A stretch of DNA of 64,000 nucleotides from a virus (lineage: Duplodnaviria > Caudoviricetes). The stretch lies in IMG/VR virus record IMGVR_UViG_3300032038_000060, positions 8,820-72,819 of that record; one strand, 5' to 3'. The notes beneath the pieces were generated by a model. That model was not told where the DNA came from and searched no databases. It worked only from the letters and a program-made list of their open reading frames with translations. Below, one piece after another: positions 61,561 through 64,000 of the stretch. Position numbers and translations under genes: made by a program. Numbering within the stretch: the first letter of the stretch is position 1; each line of letters opens with the position of its first letter.

Positions 61561-62073
61561 TCAATCTTCAATGTCTTCCGGGCATGGCGCAAGCCACTTG
61601 CCAATTTTCTCAAACACATCCAACGGTGTCGCGCCTGCATAGATGGGCTCACACTCCTTGCCGAAGAACATCCAGGCGCAGGCCCCGAGATTGATGTTCT
61701 CAACACAGAAAGGCGAATTATAGCCGTAATCTTCCGGAGTAGCAGGCCTGTGCTCATTGTCTATGCTGATGTTCAACACGAGGACGGTATGCTTCACGTA
61801 CTGCCACTTGCCATCCTTGTCCTTGTAACTCGTATGATCGTATGGCCAGCCAGCATTGCAGTCGTACGGAGCATCGTCCCAGTCGTCACCCCACTGCTTT
61901 TTCAGATCAGCCTCAGTGAAGAACAGCCTCCAGCCAGAGTGTGTCGTTTCTTTGTCCTCGTCAAGAATGTCAAGACGTTCGCACCGCTCCACGTAGCAAA
62001 GCGCAAAACCCTTTGCCGTATAGTCCGACAGCTCGTCAGCCGTCAGTTTCAAAAAGTCTTTTTTGATGTACAT
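61561..62073 (-). CDS. Hypothetical phage protein (170 aa)
   Basis: FFT..LKKQWGDDWDDAPYDCNAGWPY. Confidence 0.7.
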   Translation of the reverse strand: MYIKKDFLKLTADELSDYTAKGFALCYVERCERLDILDEDKETTHSGWRLFFTEADLKKQWGDDWDDAPYDCNAGWPYDHTSYKDKDGKWQYVKHTVLVLNISIDNEHRPATPEDYGYNSPFCVENINLGACAWMFFGKECEPIYAGATPLDVFEKIGKWLAPCPEDIED

Positions 62074-62075
62074 GA

Positions 62076-62300
62076 TTATTCTCCTTTAATTTGTTTCTTC
62101 AAATTCTCAACAAGTTTCGTGATATTGCTGCAATCCATATCCCCATGAAGGAGACTGTCGTACAGAAAATCCTCCACCTTCTTGACGAACACATCAGTTC
62201 GGATATATTCATCATATTCATCAGAATTTGGTTTTGTTTTCCTTATCCTATCAGAGACTAAAGATGTGTGTATAATCTTTGGAGCTTCGTCTATTGCCAT
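62076..62300 (-). CDS. Hypothetical protein (74 aa)
   Basis: Packed in the early block. Confidence 0.6.
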   Translation of the reverse strand: MAIDEAPKIIHTSLVSDRIRKTKPNSDEYDEYIRTDVFVKKVEDFLYDSLLHGDMDCSNITKLVENLKKQIKGE

Positions 62301-62302
62301 GT

Positions 62303-63409
62303 CTATTCCTCCCTTAGTTTCTTTAATTGTTTTTCCAGTTCTACAAGTACATCTGACAATGTGGGGTTTTCGTCAAAATCATCTGTAACAAAAGACCTTG
62401 CAAGCCGTACTGCTTTAATCTGCTCTTCGCTTGGTTTCCACTGGTTCTGTGGCTGCACGCGGTCTTTGAGGGATTTAAGCCAATCAATTTCTGCCTTATA
62501 GGCTGGCTTAACATTTACTATATCACCGCCTAAACGTTTTAAATCACGAATAATTGTGTCCTTCATATCCTCATCTTCCTCACTCCAAGCGGGGTTCTGT
62601 CCAATCTTCGTCAATTCCTTCTTCTCTGCATCCCATTTATATCCTGCATCCGTCATTTTAGCAAAAAGAGTATCACGCTGTTCTTTGGTTGCTGGTTTTA
62701 CATCTTCATCATTAGGTGCAAGACAACCTTTTTCAGAATCAGACTCAAAATGAGGATACATAATGTTATAATAACAGTAGTAACTTAAAACACAATGTTT
62801 CTTTGGCATACCTTTTAGTATGAATACAATCTTTGGTTCACCGCATTCATAAGTACAAAGCACATCACCATCCTTTGCATCTTGGATTGTCCAAGAACGA
62901 ATGTTTTTTGGACTTGTTGATAAGCAGCTAAATTCCAAATCAATATCGGCAAGATCTTTAGTACATTCAATAATTATACCAATCCTATCACCAACAACGA
63001 CCCAATCACCAACCTTAAACTTTGATTCAACCTTATCGGTAGGCTTCTGCTCACCTTGCTTTTCAAGTTCTTGCTTTGCATCACATATACCTTTGAGATA
63101 AGCATCATCTACATCTTTCTTGGTAAAAGTTTCACCTTGCTTTTCAAACCATCCAAGCCAACGTTTATAATCTTCACTATTTCCCGCTGGTTCATATCCA
63201 TCAGCGCCTTCTTTCAGGTGCTTAAACAACTCCTTCCTCACCCTCTCATCCTCGCTCTCTTTGAGTTCGGGGAGAATTTTTCTTACATCATCTGCAAAGA
63301 TAGTTCCGCTTTCCTTAACAGTATCCAAATTAAGTATTACATCAAATTTTTCAATAGCCACGTCATAGCGTTTTGCTTTTTCTTCGATTGATAAATTTTC
63401 CATCGTCAT
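62303..63409 (-). CDS. Mosaic hypothetical protein (368 aa)
   Basis: ELKESEDERVRKEL, PKFKVGDWV-like, WTIQDAKDGDVL, PATKEQRD and WSEEDE modules. Confidence 0.7.
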   Translation of the reverse strand: MTMENLSIEEKAKRYDVAIEKFDVILNLDTVKESGTIFADDVRKILPELKESEDERVRKELFKHLKEGADGYEPAGNSEDYKRWLGWFEKQGETFTKKDVDDAYLKGICDAKQELEKQGEQKPTDKVESKFKVGDWVVVGDRIGIIIECTKDLADIDLEFSCLSTSPKNIRSWTIQDAKDGDVLCTYECGEPKIVFILKGMPKKHCVLSYYCYYNIMYPHFESDSEKGCLAPNDEDVKPATKEQRDTLFAKMTDAGYKWDAEKKELTKIGQNPAWSEEDEDMKDTIIRDLKRLGGDIVNVKPAYKAEIDWLKSLKDRVQPQNQWKPSEEQIKAVRLARSFVTDDFDENPTLSDVLVELEKQLKKLREE

Positions 63410-63636
63410 TTCTCCTTCAATTTAATTCCCAATTCTTTCAATTCCTTTTGCTTGCGCTCTTTGCAGAAACGGCAGTTGCCATGATGAATATAAACCCAAC
63501 CTAAGAGGTCTTTTATTATCCGCATATCCCTTTCTTCGTTTTCAATACAAAAGACAAAGTAGAAATAGAGGTAAGCCTCTACGCAGAAAGCAAGATAAAA
63601 GGTAAAAAGGTATAACATATCTATTCTTTGTAGCAA
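63406..63636 (-). CDS. Small hydrophobic hypothetical protein
   Basis: Overlaps the next start codon; true start uncertain. Confidence 0.4.
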   Translation of the reverse strand: MLQRIDMLYLFTFYLAFCVEAYLYFYFVFCIENEERDMRIIKDLLGWVYIHHGNCRFCKERKQKELKELGIKLKEK

Positions 63637-63667
63637 TCAATTTTTACGATGGCATTTTTCTTCTGCC

Positions 63668-63871
63668 TTACTCATCTTTTATTGTTCTTTTATAACCACA
63701 CCTTTCTGCTAAATAGTCACATCTATTATCGAGTATTTTCCTTACACCATCGTAGGCACACATTAGTACATCCTCTGGTATCAGTAATTCCTCGGTATTT
63801 CTACAAAATCTACTTGGCATAAAGCGTATTTTGTATTTCACTTCGGTCTTCACATCTGCGACAAGAAACAT
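63668..63871 (-). CDS. Hypothetical protein (start uncertain, may extend upstream)
   Basis: Short ORF at the window end. Confidence 0.4.
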   Translation of the reverse strand: MFLVADVKTEVKYKIRFMPSRFCRNTEELLIPEDVLMCAYDGVRKILDNRCDYLAERCGYKRTIKDE

Positions 63872-64000
63872 TCTATCTTCGTCTTTATGACCTATTCGTC
63901 TGCACGCTTGTAAGTATCCTACAGTCTTACGGATTTCCGTAGCAAGAGGTATTTCTATCTCAAATACGGTGTTAGCATACTGAATAAGTTTAAAGATTTC

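Noticed and set aside
1-64000. Stop-codon reassignment, as seen in some gut Bacteroidota phages
   Set aside because: Large genes are intact in the standard code and several end at TAG or TGA with tight spacing.
1-64000. Integrase, transposase or recognisable CI-type repressor
   Set aside because: No tyrosine, serine or DDE recombinase motifs and no Cro/CI-S24 pattern seen in any ORF; they may lie outside the window.

Overview
The whole window is part of one large tailed-phage genome. Its TTTG-N20-TAnnTTTG promoters, A-rich ribosome-loading regions and DGR type point to a Bacteroidota (Prevotella/Bacteroides-like) host; the host is inferred, not shown. It encodes the end of the tape-measure gene, terminase, portal, S49 prohead protease, capsid, tail tube, a 2322-aa tail fibre and lysis genes. 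No integrase is visible. Instead there is an iteron-type plasmid replicon (Rep_3-like initiator, 23-bp-period iterons, DnaC-like ATPase, ParA, a small partner and a repeat tract), so it is probably a phage-plasmid. A complete diversity-generating retroelement is present (RT, TR, VR, MutS-like accessory gene, 3' hairpin); all 17 TR/VR differences fall on TR adenines. Less obvious signals found by reading the sequence: (1) six non-coding modules bracketed by GGTTTTT tracts, three of which share a covarying fold; (2) a promoter- and terminator-delimited small RNA whose terminator loop is complementary to the parA and rep leaders; (3) a GCCCTTG-N20-TATWTTG motif in front of nine virion/lysis transcription units, a likely phage-specific late promoter; (4) a Cys-rich seven-gene operon whose adjacent HTH regulator is frameshifted while an intact paralog sits 18 kb away; (5) a methyltransferase split at a G7 tract; (6) small fibre-region proteins with matching N- and C-terminal motifs. 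Product names come from motifs recognised by eye; no database search or folding program was run.
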